From assembly GCA_041320535.1 (NCBI GenBank), contig JBGLNH010000001.1, forward strand, positions 7,670 through 71,669: 64,000 nucleotides of DNA, read 5' to 3'. This document shows, piece after piece, positions 48,215 through 56,292 of the stretch. Under the pieces are notes generated by a model that made no database searches, was not told the origin of the DNA, and saw only the letters and a program-made list of their open reading frames with translations. The position numbers and the translations under genes are program-made. Numbering within the stretch: the first letter of the stretch is position 1; every line of letters starts with the position of its first letter. The DNA comes from Candidatus Aminicenantes bacterium (GTDB taxonomy: Bacteria > Acidobacteriota > Aminicenantia > Aminicenantales > Saccharicenantaceae).

Positions 48215-48412
48215 ATGAGCTTGGGGCTGACCGGGATACTCGTCGTCTTCGCGGCGTTCATCCTGCTGCTCATCCTCAATCCGAACATGTCGTGTTTCGG
48301 ACGGCGGATCAAGTCGCCGTTCTACCCGCTCCTGCGCAAAAAGCGTCTCAAAGGCCGGGACGGGAAAGGCGAGAAGAAGCCGCCGAAAACCGAAGATTAT
48401 GGCTTCCGCTAG
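48215..48412 (+). CDS. possible 65-aa membrane protein
   Basis: MSLGLTGILVVFAAFILLLILNP... hydrophobic N-terminus with a Lys/Arg-rich tail. Overlaps the start of the next gene by 14 nt. Confidence 0.3.
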   Translation: MSLGLTGILVVFAAFILLLILNPNMSCFGRRIKSPFYPLLRKKRLKGRDGKGEKKPPKTEDYGFR

Positions 48413-49091
48413 GGCCTCCGCCCGTCTCCGGCGCCATCCGGGCGGAATCCTCCCTCTCCTCCTCGCGGCGTCCGTCTCCGCGTGCGCCGGGCGGATCCCC
48501 GTTCTCGTGCCCCCCGCGGGCGGCGTCGAGGCCGTCGAGGGCTTCGCTTCCGGGGCGATCTCCGGGGCCGAGGCCTCCGTCAAGGGGAAGTTCGCCTTCC
48601 TGTTCCGGCGGCCGGGCCTCGGCCGGGTCGAAGCGGTCGACCCGATCGGCCGGACGGCCTTCGTCGTCCATTTCCGCGACGGGCGGGCCTGGTTCGTCCT
48701 GCCCTCGAAGAAGGCCTACGCCGAGGACGACGCCGAGGTCGTGATGGAGCGGTTGCTGGGGATCGCCCTCCGGCCGGACGACACGCTCGCGCTCCTCTCG
48801 GGGACCTGGCCGGCGGCCGGGCCCGCGACCGCGTGGAGCGTCGGGCGCGACGCGCAAGGCCGGGTCGCGGGCGGCGCGAAGGACGGCTTCGCGTTCGAGG
48901 TCACGAAGTTCTTCCGGGGCGGGGCCGCGCCGCGGGAGATCGTCCTCGCCGGGCCCGAGGCGTCGGGCCGGGTGAAGGTCCTCAAGCTGGCCTTCGATCC
49001 CGCGCCCCGCGCCGGGGCCTTCGACACCGCCTATCTCTCCCGCTACGCGGCCAAGACGTGGGAGGGGATGCTGGAGATCCTCGACCGATGA
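48399..49091 (+). CDS. LolB-like outer-membrane lipoprotein (tentative)
   Basis: Lipobox LLLAASVSAC. 230 aa. Sits immediately upstream of ispE, the classic lolB position. The family call rests on context and fold-size only. Confidence 0.45.
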   Translation: MASARASARLRRHPGGILPLLLAASVSACAGRIPVLVPPAGGVEAVEGFASGAISGAEASVKGKFAFLFRRPGLGRVEAVDPIGRTAFVVHFRDGRAWFVLPSKKAYAEDDAEVVMERLLGIALRPDDTLALLSGTWPAAGPATAWSVGRDAQGRVAGGAKDGFAFEVTKFFRGGAAPREIVLAGPEASGRVKVLKLAFDPAPRAGAFDTAYLSRYAAKTWEGMLEILDR

Positions 49092-49954
49092 CCGCGCGGT
49101 CGTTCGCCAAGATCAACCTCGGTCTCGAGATCGTCCGGAAAAGGCCGGACGGCTATCACGACATCCGGACGCTCTTCCAGACCGTCACGCTCGCCGACGA
49201 GATCGACTTCGAGCCGGCCCCGGCCGGAGCGATCGAGCTCACGGGCGACGATCCTTCCGTGGCCTGGGACCGCACCAACCTCGTCGCCAGGGCGGCCCGG
49301 CTCCTTCTCGAGCGGACCGGGCGGCCGGCCGGGGCCAGGATCGCCGTCAGGAAGAGGATCCCGGCCGGCCGCGGCCTCGGCGGCGGAAGCTCGAACGCCG
49401 CGACGACCCTCCTCGTCCTGGACAAGATGTGGGGCCTCGGCCTGGGGGCCGACGCCCTGGCCCCCCTGGCGAGAAGCCTCGGGGCCGATGTCCCCTTTTT
49501 TCTCAAGGGGGGCCTCTGCCTGGGGGAGGAGATCGGGGACAAGCTGACGCCTCTCGCCGACCTGGAGCCCCTGGCCTGCCTGTTCGTCTTCCCCCCGTTC
49601 CCCATCGCCACGCCGTCGGTCTACGCCGGCGTCGGGCCAGCCTTGACTTCGACGGCCAAAGTCAGTAGAATTGAGCGCTTTCTGGAGTCCCGAGACTTCG
49701 GTCTCTTGGAAAACGACCTGGAGCGCGTCATTTTCCGGGCCCATCCCGAGCTCGAACGCTGGAAGAGTTTTTTCAGGGACGCGGGGGCCCTCGTCGCCCA
49801 GGTCAGCGGCTCGGGCTCGGCGGTGTTCGGGCTCTTCCCGGATCCGGCGAGCGGAGAGAGGGCGCGGAGGAGGCTCCCCGGCACGGCGGACGCCCGGCTC
49901 GCGGCGACGCTGCCGCGGCGGGGCTATTGGGCCCAGCTAGGCGCTGGGGCGTAG
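49088..49954 (+). CDS. ispE: 4-diphosphocytidyl-2-C-methyl-D-erythritol kinase
   Basis: MTARSFAKINLGLEIVRKRPDGYHDI... and GHMP motif PAGRGLGGGSSNAA. ATG 49088 overlaps the upstream stop. Confidence 0.9.
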   Translation: MTARSFAKINLGLEIVRKRPDGYHDIRTLFQTVTLADEIDFEPAPAGAIELTGDDPSVAWDRTNLVARAARLLLERTGRPAGARIAVRKRIPAGRGLGGGSSNAATTLLVLDKMWGLGLGADALAPLARSLGADVPFFLKGGLCLGEEIGDKLTPLADLEPLACLFVFPPFPIATPSVYAGVGPALTSTAKVSRIERFLESRDFGLLENDLERVIFRAHPELERWKSFFRDAGALVAQVSGSGSAVFGLFPDPASGERARRRLPGTADARLAATLPRRGYWAQLGAGA

Positions 49955-50015
49955 CCAAGCGGAAAGGCAACGGACTTTGGCTCCGTCATCGGAGGTTCGA
50001 ATCCTCCCGCCCCAG
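49945..50015 (+). tRNA. tRNA-Gln (anticodon UUG)
   Basis: Acceptor TGGGGCG/CGCCCCA, anticodon arm ACGGA-CTTTGGC-TCCGT, T arm GGAGG-TTCGAAT-CCTCC. No encoded CCA. Confidence 0.9.
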
Positions 50016-50044
50016 TTCGGACGATATAAGGCGAGGAAAGAGCG

Positions 50045-50974
50045 ATGAAGATATTCAGCGGATCGTCGAACCCGGCCCTGGCCCAGGAGATCGTCGACTA
50101 TCTCAAGACCGATCTCGGCCGCTGCGTCCTCAAGCGCTTCAGCGACGGCGAGATCCGTTTCTACATCGACGAGAACGTCCGCGGCGAGGACGTCTTCATC
50201 ATCCAATCGGGCTGCAGCGACGCGAACAGCCACCTCATGGAGCTGTTCATCATGATGGACGCCTTCAAGCGGGCGTCCGCCGGGCGCATCACGTCCGTCA
50301 TGCCCTACTTCGCCTACGCCCGCCAGGACTGGAAGGACAAGCCGCGGGTCCCGATCTCGGCCCGCCTCGTGGCCGACCTCATCGAGACGGCCGGGGCCGA
50401 CCGCGTCCTGGCCATGGACCTCCACTCGCCGCAGATCCAGGGCTTTTTCGGCATCCCCGTGGACAACCTCCAGGCCGCCCCGGTCCTGGCCAACCACATC
50501 CGGACGCTCAAGCTCGACGACCTGACGGTCGTCTCGCCCGACGCCGGCGGCGTGGGCCGGGCCCGGGTCTTCGCCAAGCGCCTCGACGCCCCGCTGGCCA
50601 TCATCGACAAGCGGCGCCCGGCGCCCAACACGGCCGAGGTCCTGCACGTCATCGGCGACGTCGCCGGCCGGAACGTCGTCCTCTACGACGACATGGTCGA
50701 CACGGCCGGCACGCTGACGCTGGGCGCCGAGGCCCTGCAAAAAGGCGGCGCCAAGCGGGTCTTCAGCGCCTGCACCCATCCCGTCCTGTCGGGGGCGGCC
50801 CTCGAGCGCATCGCCGCCTCGAAGCTCGAGCGCGTCCTCGTGACCAACACCATCCCCCTGAAGGACACCGCCGCCGCTTCCGGCCGCTTCACCGTCCTCT
50901 CGGTCGCCGAGCTCTTCGGCGAGGCCATCCGGAGGATCAACGAAGGAAGCTCGGTCAGCTCCCTTTTCGATTAA
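50045..50974 (+). CDS. prs: ribose-phosphate pyrophosphokinase
   Basis: 309 aa. MKIFSGSSNPALAQEI... and the PRPP-binding loop VLYDDMVDTAGT. Confidence 0.95.
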   Translation: MKIFSGSSNPALAQEIVDYLKTDLGRCVLKRFSDGEIRFYIDENVRGEDVFIIQSGCSDANSHLMELFIMMDAFKRASAGRITSVMPYFAYARQDWKDKPRVPISARLVADLIETAGADRVLAMDLHSPQIQGFFGIPVDNLQAAPVLANHIRTLKLDDLTVVSPDAGGVGRARVFAKRLDAPLAIIDKRRPAPNTAEVLHVIGDVAGRNVVLYDDMVDTAGTLTLGAEALQKGGAKRVFSACTHPVLSGAALERIAASKLERVLVTNTIPLKDTAAASGRFTVLSVAELFGEAIRRINEGSSVSSLFD

Positions 50975-50984
50975 GGAGTCCACC

Positions 50985-51683
50985 ATGAACATCGTCGTCA
51001 AGAGCGAGAAACGCCAGGGGCTCGGATCGAACGCCTCGCGCCGCCTGCGGGCCCAGGGCTTCGTCCCGGCCGTGCTCTACGGGGAAGGCCAGGAGGCCAC
51101 GCCCCTCGTCCTCGGCAAGAAGGACATCGTCCAGATCCTGAGGCTGGAATCGGGCGAGAACACCATCTTCAAGGTCGCCGTCGAGGCCGACGCCTACGAC
51201 GCGATGATCAAGGAGATGCAGATCGACCCGTCCACCGACGAGCTCCTCCACGTCGACCTCGTCCGCATCTCGATGGACAAGCCCATCCGGGTCACGGTCC
51301 CCGTCGTCCACCGCGGCGAGCCCGTCGGCGTCAAGACGGAGGGCGGCTTCATCGATTTCGTCACCCGCGAGATCGAGGTCGAGTGCCTGCCCCGGGACAT
51401 CCCCGAGAGCCTGGGGATCGACATCGCCGAGCTCCACATCGGCCAGTCGTTCAAGGTCCAGGCCATGGCCGTCCCGGCCGGGGCCAAGGTCCTGACCGAC
51501 CCCAACACCGTCCTCGTCCTCATCTCCATGCCGCACAAGGAAGAGGAGTTCCCCGGCGAGAAGCCGGAGGGCGAGGTCGCGGCCGAGGAGCCCAAGGAGC
51601 CCGAGGTCATCAAGAAGGAGCGGGCCGAGAAGGGCGAGCCCGAGGAGAAGGGCGGGAAGAAAGAGAAAGAGTCGGAGAAATAG
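50985..51683 (+). CDS. rplY: 50S ribosomal protein L25/general stress protein Ctc
   Basis: 232 aa. LRAQGFVPAVLYG motif and an acidic/Lys-rich C-terminal tail. Confidence 0.9.
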   Translation: MNIVVKSEKRQGLGSNASRRLRAQGFVPAVLYGEGQEATPLVLGKKDIVQILRLESGENTIFKVAVEADAYDAMIKEMQIDPSTDELLHVDLVRISMDKPIRVTVPVVHRGEPVGVKTEGGFIDFVTREIEVECLPRDIPESLGIDIAELHIGQSFKVQAMAVPAGAKVLTDPNTVLVLISMPHKEEEFPGEKPEGEVAAEEPKEPEVIKKERAEKGEPEEKGGKKEKESEK

Positions 51684-51686
51684 CCC

Positions 51687-52262
51687 TTGTGGCTGCTGGT
51701 GGGCCTGGGCAATCCGGGCGACGAGTACGCGGGGACCCGCCACAACGCCGGCTTCATGCTGGTCGAGCGGCTGGCGGCGGCCTGGGGCGTCGAGGTCCGG
51801 GGCCGGCTTTTCAAGGCCCGGACCGCCCTGGCCCGGAGGGGCGGGGAGGAGGTCCTCCTCGTCGCCCCCAAGACCTACATGAACCGGAGCGGGACGTCCG
51901 TCCGGGCGGCCCTGGAAGGCAAGGGCGTCCCGCCCGAGCGCCTGATCGTCGCCTACGACGACCTCGACATCCCGGCCGGCGAGGTCCGGGTCCGGAAGAG
52001 GGGCCGGCCGGGCACGCACAAGGGCATGATCTCGATCGCCGGCGAGGTCCGGACCGACGAGTTCCCCCGGGTCCGGATCGGCATCGGACCGCTCCCGGCG
52101 GGCCGGGACGCGGCCGAGTTCGTCCTCGAGCCTTTCAAGCGGGACGAACGCCGGCTCCTCGAGGACAGCCTGGGCGCCGCCGCCGAGGCCGTGGAGATGA
52201 TCCTCGACGGCCGCATCGAGCTGGCCATGACGCGGTTCAACCGCCGCTCCCCGGGCCGTTGA
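51687..52262 (+). CDS. pth: peptidyl-tRNA hydrolase
   Basis: TTG start. WLLVGLGNPGDEYAGTRHNAGF. Confidence 0.95.
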   Translation: MWLLVGLGNPGDEYAGTRHNAGFMLVERLAAAWGVEVRGRLFKARTALARRGGEEVLLVAPKTYMNRSGTSVRAALEGKGVPPERLIVAYDDLDIPAGEVRVRKRGRPGTHKGMISIAGEVRTDEFPRVRIGIGPLPAGRDAAEFVLEPFKRDERRLLEDSLGAAAEAVEMILDGRIELAMTRFNRRSPGR

Positions 52263-52263
52263 G

Positions 52264-52461
52264 CTCGATCCTTTTCCCCTTTCCGGGCCTCCCTCTCGAG
52301 GCGGCGAGGGGTTTTGCCTCGACGATCCCCGTAGCGGAAGGGGACCCGCGAAGCGGGGGAACCGCCGGGACTGGTTCCCAGGGGGTCCGGGGAGCTAGAG
52401 GCAATACCCTGAGCCAAAGCCGGAGAGAGGGACTTCCCGGAATCGGGATACGGCCCTTGAT
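52264..52461 (+). repeat. hairpin-rich intergenic repeat, copy A
   Basis: Core 52281-52442 aligns almost base-for-base with 57837-57996. Starts right after the pth stop. Confidence 0.85.
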
Positions 52462-52549
52462 ATTTCCGGGGAATCAGCTACAATGGCTCTTTTCCACTCC
52501 TTGTTCCTTCCGGAAGGGAAGGAGCTGTCGAAACCATAAGGAGGTCTCA
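52457..52549 (+). promoter_or_regulatory. candidate rpsF promoter and structured leader
   Basis: TTGATA (52457-52462), 16-nt spacer, TACAAT (52479-52484). Hairpin CTCCTT-...-AAGGAG at 52497-52524. AAGGAGG Shine-Dalgarno at 52538-52544. Confidence 0.35.
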
Positions 52550-52924
52550 GTGAGACAGTACGAAACGGGGTTCGTTCTCTCCCCCACGCTATCCGAAGAA
52601 GAGACGTCCCAGTTCCTCCAGCAGATGGCCGAGATCGTGGCCCAGAAGAAGGGCCGGATGGTCAAGCAGGACGTCTGGGGCAAACGCCGCCTGGCCTTCC
52701 CCATCAAGCGGTTCCAGGAGGGCTTTTACGTGTTCTTCACCTTCGACGGCCCCGGCGACGTCGCTCCGGAGCTGGAGCGCCGGTTCAAGCAGACCGACGC
52801 CGTCATCCGTTTCATGACCGTCGTCAAGGACCCGCGGGACCTCGTCCGGCGGAAGAAGAAGAGGCGGGCCGAAGAGGCCGCCGCGGCCGCCGAGCCGAGA
52901 GAGGAGAAGCGAGATGCCGCGTGA
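52550..52924 (+). CDS. rpsF: 30S ribosomal protein S6
   Basis: GTG start 52550. [18 protein letters not shown]... with a basic/acidic tail. Confidence 0.9.
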   Translation: MRQYETGFVLSPTLSEEETSQFLQQMAEIVAQKKGRMVKQDVWGKRRLAFPIKRFQEGFYVFFTFDGPGDVAPELERRFKQTDAVIRFMTVVKDPRDLVRRKKKRRAEEAAAAAEPREEKRDAA

Positions 52925-53180
52925 AGACAGACCCGAACGGAGCGAGCGCGGCGGCTACCGCAAGTACTTCGCGCCCAAGAGGAAGTTCTGCCGGTTCTGC
53001 CAGAGGGACGTCCGGGGCATCGATTACAAGGCCGTCGACATCCTGAAGAAGTACATCCCGGACCGCGGCAAGATCACGCCCCGCCGGATCACCGGGACGT
53101 GCGCCTTCCACCAGAGGAAGCTGACCCTGGCCATCAAGCGGGCCCGGCTCATGGCCCTCCTGCCCTACGTCGAGGACTGA
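52914..53180 (+). CDS. rpsR: 30S ribosomal protein S18
   Basis: ...[55 protein letters not shown]. Confidence 0.95.
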   Translation: MPREDRPERSERGGYRKYFAPKRKFCRFCQRDVRGIDYKAVDILKKYIPDRGKITPRRITGTCAFHQRKLTLAIKRARLMALLPYVED

Positions 53181-53181
53181 G

Positions 53182-54672
53182 ATGAAAGTCATCCTGAAAC
53201 AGGACGTGGAGAAGCTGGGCCGCCGCGGCGACGTCGTCAACGTCGCCCCCGGATTCGGCCGCAACTATCTCATCCCCCGCAAGATGGCCCTGGCCGTCAC
53301 CCAGACGAACATGAAGACGATCGAGATCGAGCGCCAGGCCCTAGTTTTAGGGCCGGATGCGAGGCGGGGAGAGAAGAAGGACGCGGTCATGACGCGAGAG
53401 AGCGCGGTCGAAAGGAGGAGCGTCCTCCTCTACAACGTCTACCGGCTCGTCGTCCTGACCTCGCTGCTCGTCTCGGCCTTCATCATCCAGCTGTCCTCGC
53501 CCGAGACCCAGCCGAACCCGCCTTTCTATTACCTCGTCCTGGGCGCCTACGGCTTCGCCGCGCTCTTCTTCGCCCTCTACGCCGCGGGCCGGTTCCTCGC
53601 CGCCCAGGCCTACGTCCAGGTCGTCTTCGACCTCGTCCTCATCACGGCCTTCGTCTACATCTCCGGCGGCATCGCCTCGTCGATGTATTTCCTCTACCTC
53701 TTCCCGATCATCGCCGCGGGCCTGGTCATCTCGGGGCGGGCCGGCTTCCTGGCCGCGTCCCTCTCGGCCATCCTCTTCGGGGGGCTCGTCGACGGCGTCC
53801 ACTTCGGGCTCATCCCCAGCTTCCGCCCCGAGCACGCCGTCCGGACGACGCTCGGCTCGATGCTGGTGACCATCTTCTTCGCCTGGAGCGTCTTTTTCGT
53901 CATCGCCGCGCTGATGAGCAAGCTGGCCGGCGGCCTCCGCCGAGCCCGCGAGGCCCTGCGGGCGGCCGAGAGGGAGCTCCTCCTCCGGGAGCGCCTGGCC
54001 GAGGCCGGCCGCGTCTCGGCCAGCCTGGCCCACGAGATCCGCAACCCGCTGGCGGCCATCTCCGGCTCGGTCCAGGTGCTCCGCAAGGAGCTGGACCTGA
54101 CCGACGAGCAGCGGGAGCTCATGGCCATCGTCCTCAAGGAGTCGGAGCGCGTCTCCCAGAGCCTGGAGCAGTTCCTCGATTTCGCCCTTCCGGCCAAGCA
54201 GGTCTTCGCCCCGATCAACCTGAGGGACATCCTCGACGAAACGCTCAAGATCCTCCGAAGCGGGGGGGAGCTCAACGGCCAGGTCGAGGTCACGGGGAAC
54301 TTCCGCGCGTCCGACGTCCCCTATTACGGCAACGCCGGCCAGTTCAAGCAGATCTTCTGGAACCTCATCAAGAACGCCGTCAAGGCCATGCCCGAGGGCG
54401 GCCGGCTCCGGCTCGACTTCACCGAGCCGCGGAAGAAGGAGGTCGGCATCCTCGTCGCCGACACGGGGAAGGGGCTGTCCGAGGCCGACAAGGAGCACCT
54501 CTTCGAGCCCTTCTACACCGGCTTCGAGAACGGCCGTGGCCTGGGGCTGTCGATCGTCCGCAAGATCGTCGACGACTACGACGGCCGGATCGAGGTCCGC
54601 TCCGAGCTCCGTCAAGGGACGGAAGTCCTGATCACCCTGCCGCCGCGGAAGGCCGCGGCCCCGGGGAGATGA
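53182..54672 (+). CDS. single ORF fusing the ribosomal protein L9 N-terminal domain (about 53 aa) to a PilS-like 6-TM sensor histidine kinase
   Basis: Residues 1-53, MKVILKQDVEKLGRRGDVVNVAPGFGRNYLIPRKMALAVTQTNMKTIEIERQA, match the L9 N-domain. From ATG 53389 (MTRESAVERR...) come TM helices, H-box SLAHEIRNPLAAI, N-box NLIKNAVKAM and G-boxes. No stop codon lies between the two parts. Confidence 0.8.
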   Translation: MKVILKQDVEKLGRRGDVVNVAPGFGRNYLIPRKMALAVTQTNMKTIEIERQALVLGPDARRGEKKDAVMTRESAVERRSVLLYNVYRLVVLTSLLVSAFIIQLSSPETQPNPPFYYLVLGAYGFAALFFALYAAGRFLAAQAYVQVVFDLVLITAFVYISGGIASSMYFLYLFPIIAAGLVISGRAGFLAASLSAILFGGLVDGVHFGLIPSFRPEHAVRTTLGSMLVTIFFAWSVFFVIAALMSKLAGGLRRAREALRAAERELLLRERLAEAGRVSASLAHEIRNPLAAISGSVQVLRKELDLTDEQRELMAIVLKESERVSQSLEQFLDFALPAKQVFAPINLRDILDETLKILRSGGELNGQVEVTGNFRASDVPYYGNAGQFKQIFWNLIKNAVKAMPEGGRLRLDFTEPRKKEVGILVADTGKGLSEADKEHLFEPFYTGFENGRGLGLSIVRKIVDDYDGRIEVRSELRQGTEVLITLPPRKAAAPGR

Positions 54673-54676
54673 CGCC

Positions 54677-56092
54677 ATGGAAACGATCCTCATCATCGAC
54701 GACGAGAAGAGCCTCCTCGACCTGCTCACGGTCGTCTTCAAGAAGGAGGGCTACGCGGTCAAGACCGCGCCCACGGCGGCCGGCGGCTTCGAGATCCTGT
54801 CCAAGCAGGACGTCGACCTCGTCGTCACGGACATCAAGATGCCCGGCGCCGACGGCATGGACGTCCTGCGCTACACCCGGGAGAACCTGCCCGACCTGCC
54901 CGTCATCCTGATCACGGCCTACGGCAGCATCGCCCAGGCCGTCGAGGCCCTCAAGGCCGGGGCCCTCGACTACGTCGTCAAGCCCTTCGACGTCGAGGAG
55001 CTGAAGATCATCGTCGGCCGGGGCCTGGCCGCCCGGCGCCTCCAGCAGGAGAACCTCCTCCTCAAGCGCGACCTCAAGGGCCGCTACGGCTTCGAGCAGA
55101 TGATCGGCAAGAGCCGGGCCATGCAGGAGATCTACATCCTCATCGAGAAGATCGCCTCGACCGACTCGACCGTGCTCATCACGGGGGAGAGCGGGACCGG
55201 CAAGGAGATGGCCGCCCGGGCCGTCCACCTGCAGGGGGCCCGCCGCGACCACCCCTTCGTCTCCATCAACTGCGCCGCCCTGCCCGAGAACCTCCTCGAG
55301 TCGGAGCTGTTCGGCCACGTCCGGGGCTCGTTCACGGGGGCCGTCTCGGACAAGAAGGGCATGTTCGAGCTGGCCCAGCGCGGCACCCTCTTCCTCGACG
55401 AGGTCGGGGAGATGTCGCCCTGGACCCAGGTCAAGCTCCTGCGGGCCCTCCAGGAGCGCAAGGTCCGCCGGGTCGGCGGGGCCGACGAGATCCCGGTCGA
55501 CGTCCGGATCATCGCCGCGACCAACCAGGACCTGAAGAAGAGGATCCAGGAGGGCAAGTTCCGCGAGGAGCTCTACTACCGGCTCAACGTCATCTGCGTC
55601 GACATGCCGCCCCTGCGGAAGAGGATCGAGGACATCCCGCTCCTCATAGCCCACTTCCTCCAGAAATACTGCGAGAAGATGGGCAAGAACCCGAAGCGGT
55701 TCACGCCCGAGGTCGTCGGCCTCCTCGAGGGCTACCCCTGGCCGGGCAACATCCGGGAGCTCGAGAACGTCATCGAGCGCATCGTGGCCATCGAGGACCG
55801 CGAGACGGTCACCGCGAGCTGCCTGCCCCAGGAGATCGTCTCCCCAAGGAAGAGGAAGCTCGACACCCAGGAGCTCTTCGCCCCCGGGTTCAGCCTGACC
55901 CAGCACCTCGACGAGATCACCAAGAAATACATCCAGGAGGCCCTGGCCGTCACCGGCGGCAGCCTCCAGAAGGCGGCCCCCCTCCTGGGCCTGAGCTACC
56001 GGACCATCCGCTATCTTATCGGCAAGTACGACCTCAACCAGGTCCGCAAGGCCGAGCGGCGGAACGGCAACGGCGATCGCAACCCCGCCTGA
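54677..56092 (+). CDS. sigma-54-dependent response regulator (PilR/NtrC family)
   Basis: Receiver (DIKMPGADG), GESGTGKE, GSFTGA loop and C-terminal HTH. Confidence 0.9.
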   Translation: METILIIDDEKSLLDLLTVVFKKEGYAVKTAPTAAGGFEILSKQDVDLVVTDIKMPGADGMDVLRYTRENLPDLPVILITAYGSIAQAVEALKAGALDYVVKPFDVEELKIIVGRGLAARRLQQENLLLKRDLKGRYGFEQMIGKSRAMQEIYILIEKIASTDSTVLITGESGTGKEMAARAVHLQGARRDHPFVSINCAALPENLLESELFGHVRGSFTGAVSDKKGMFELAQRGTLFLDEVGEMSPWTQVKLLRALQERKVRRVGGADEIPVDVRIIAATNQDLKKRIQEGKFREELYYRLNVICVDMPPLRKRIEDIPLLIAHFLQKYCEKMGKNPKRFTPEVVGLLEGYPWPGNIRELENVIERIVAIEDRETVTASCLPQEIVSPRKRKLDTQELFAPGFSLTQHLDEITKKYIQEALAVTGGSLQKAAPLLGLSYRTIRYLIGKYDLNQVRKAERRNGNGDRNPA

Positions 56093-56113
56093 TAGTCAAA
56101 AAGTGTCAAAAAC

Positions 56114-56160
56114 GACAATTTATGGCGACATTTTTCCTGCCCAGACCCGGACAATTTATG
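56114..56160 (+). promoter_or_regulatory. direct repeats GACAATTTATG, candidate enhancer (UAS) sites
   Basis: Identical 11-mers at 56114-56124 and 56150-56160, with related AATTTATA at about 56181, located 40-90 nt upstream of the sigma-54 promoter. Confidence 0.35.
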
Positions 56161-56200
56161 CAATTCATTTAATATCTATAATTTATACGGCATAGAAATT

Positions 56201-56216
56201 TGGCACGCTTATTGCT
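56201..56216 (+). promoter_or_regulatory. sigma-54 (-24/-12) promoter of the prepilin gene
   Basis: TGGCAC-GCTTA-TTGCT exactly matches TGGCAC-N5-TTGCW. It lies downstream of a sigma-54 activator gene. Confidence 0.75.
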
Positions 56217-56292
56217 ATAACAGTGGTGCCAACTATGAGTGGCAAAGCAACCCGGCTGAGGAGATCAGCCAGGGAATTTCAAGGAGGTTCAA

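Noticed and set aside
51953-52417. ORFs with similar peptides (..GIASSSPDPLGTSP.GSPA..PFRYGD..) at 51953..52417(-) and 57384..58064(-). A related peptide occurs at 28245..29663(+), hinting at a small conserved protein.
   Set aside because: The similarity comes from the repeated DNA element itself. The reading frames have no consistent starts, overlap real genes (pth, plsC, GNAT) antisense, and differ in strand relative to neighbours.
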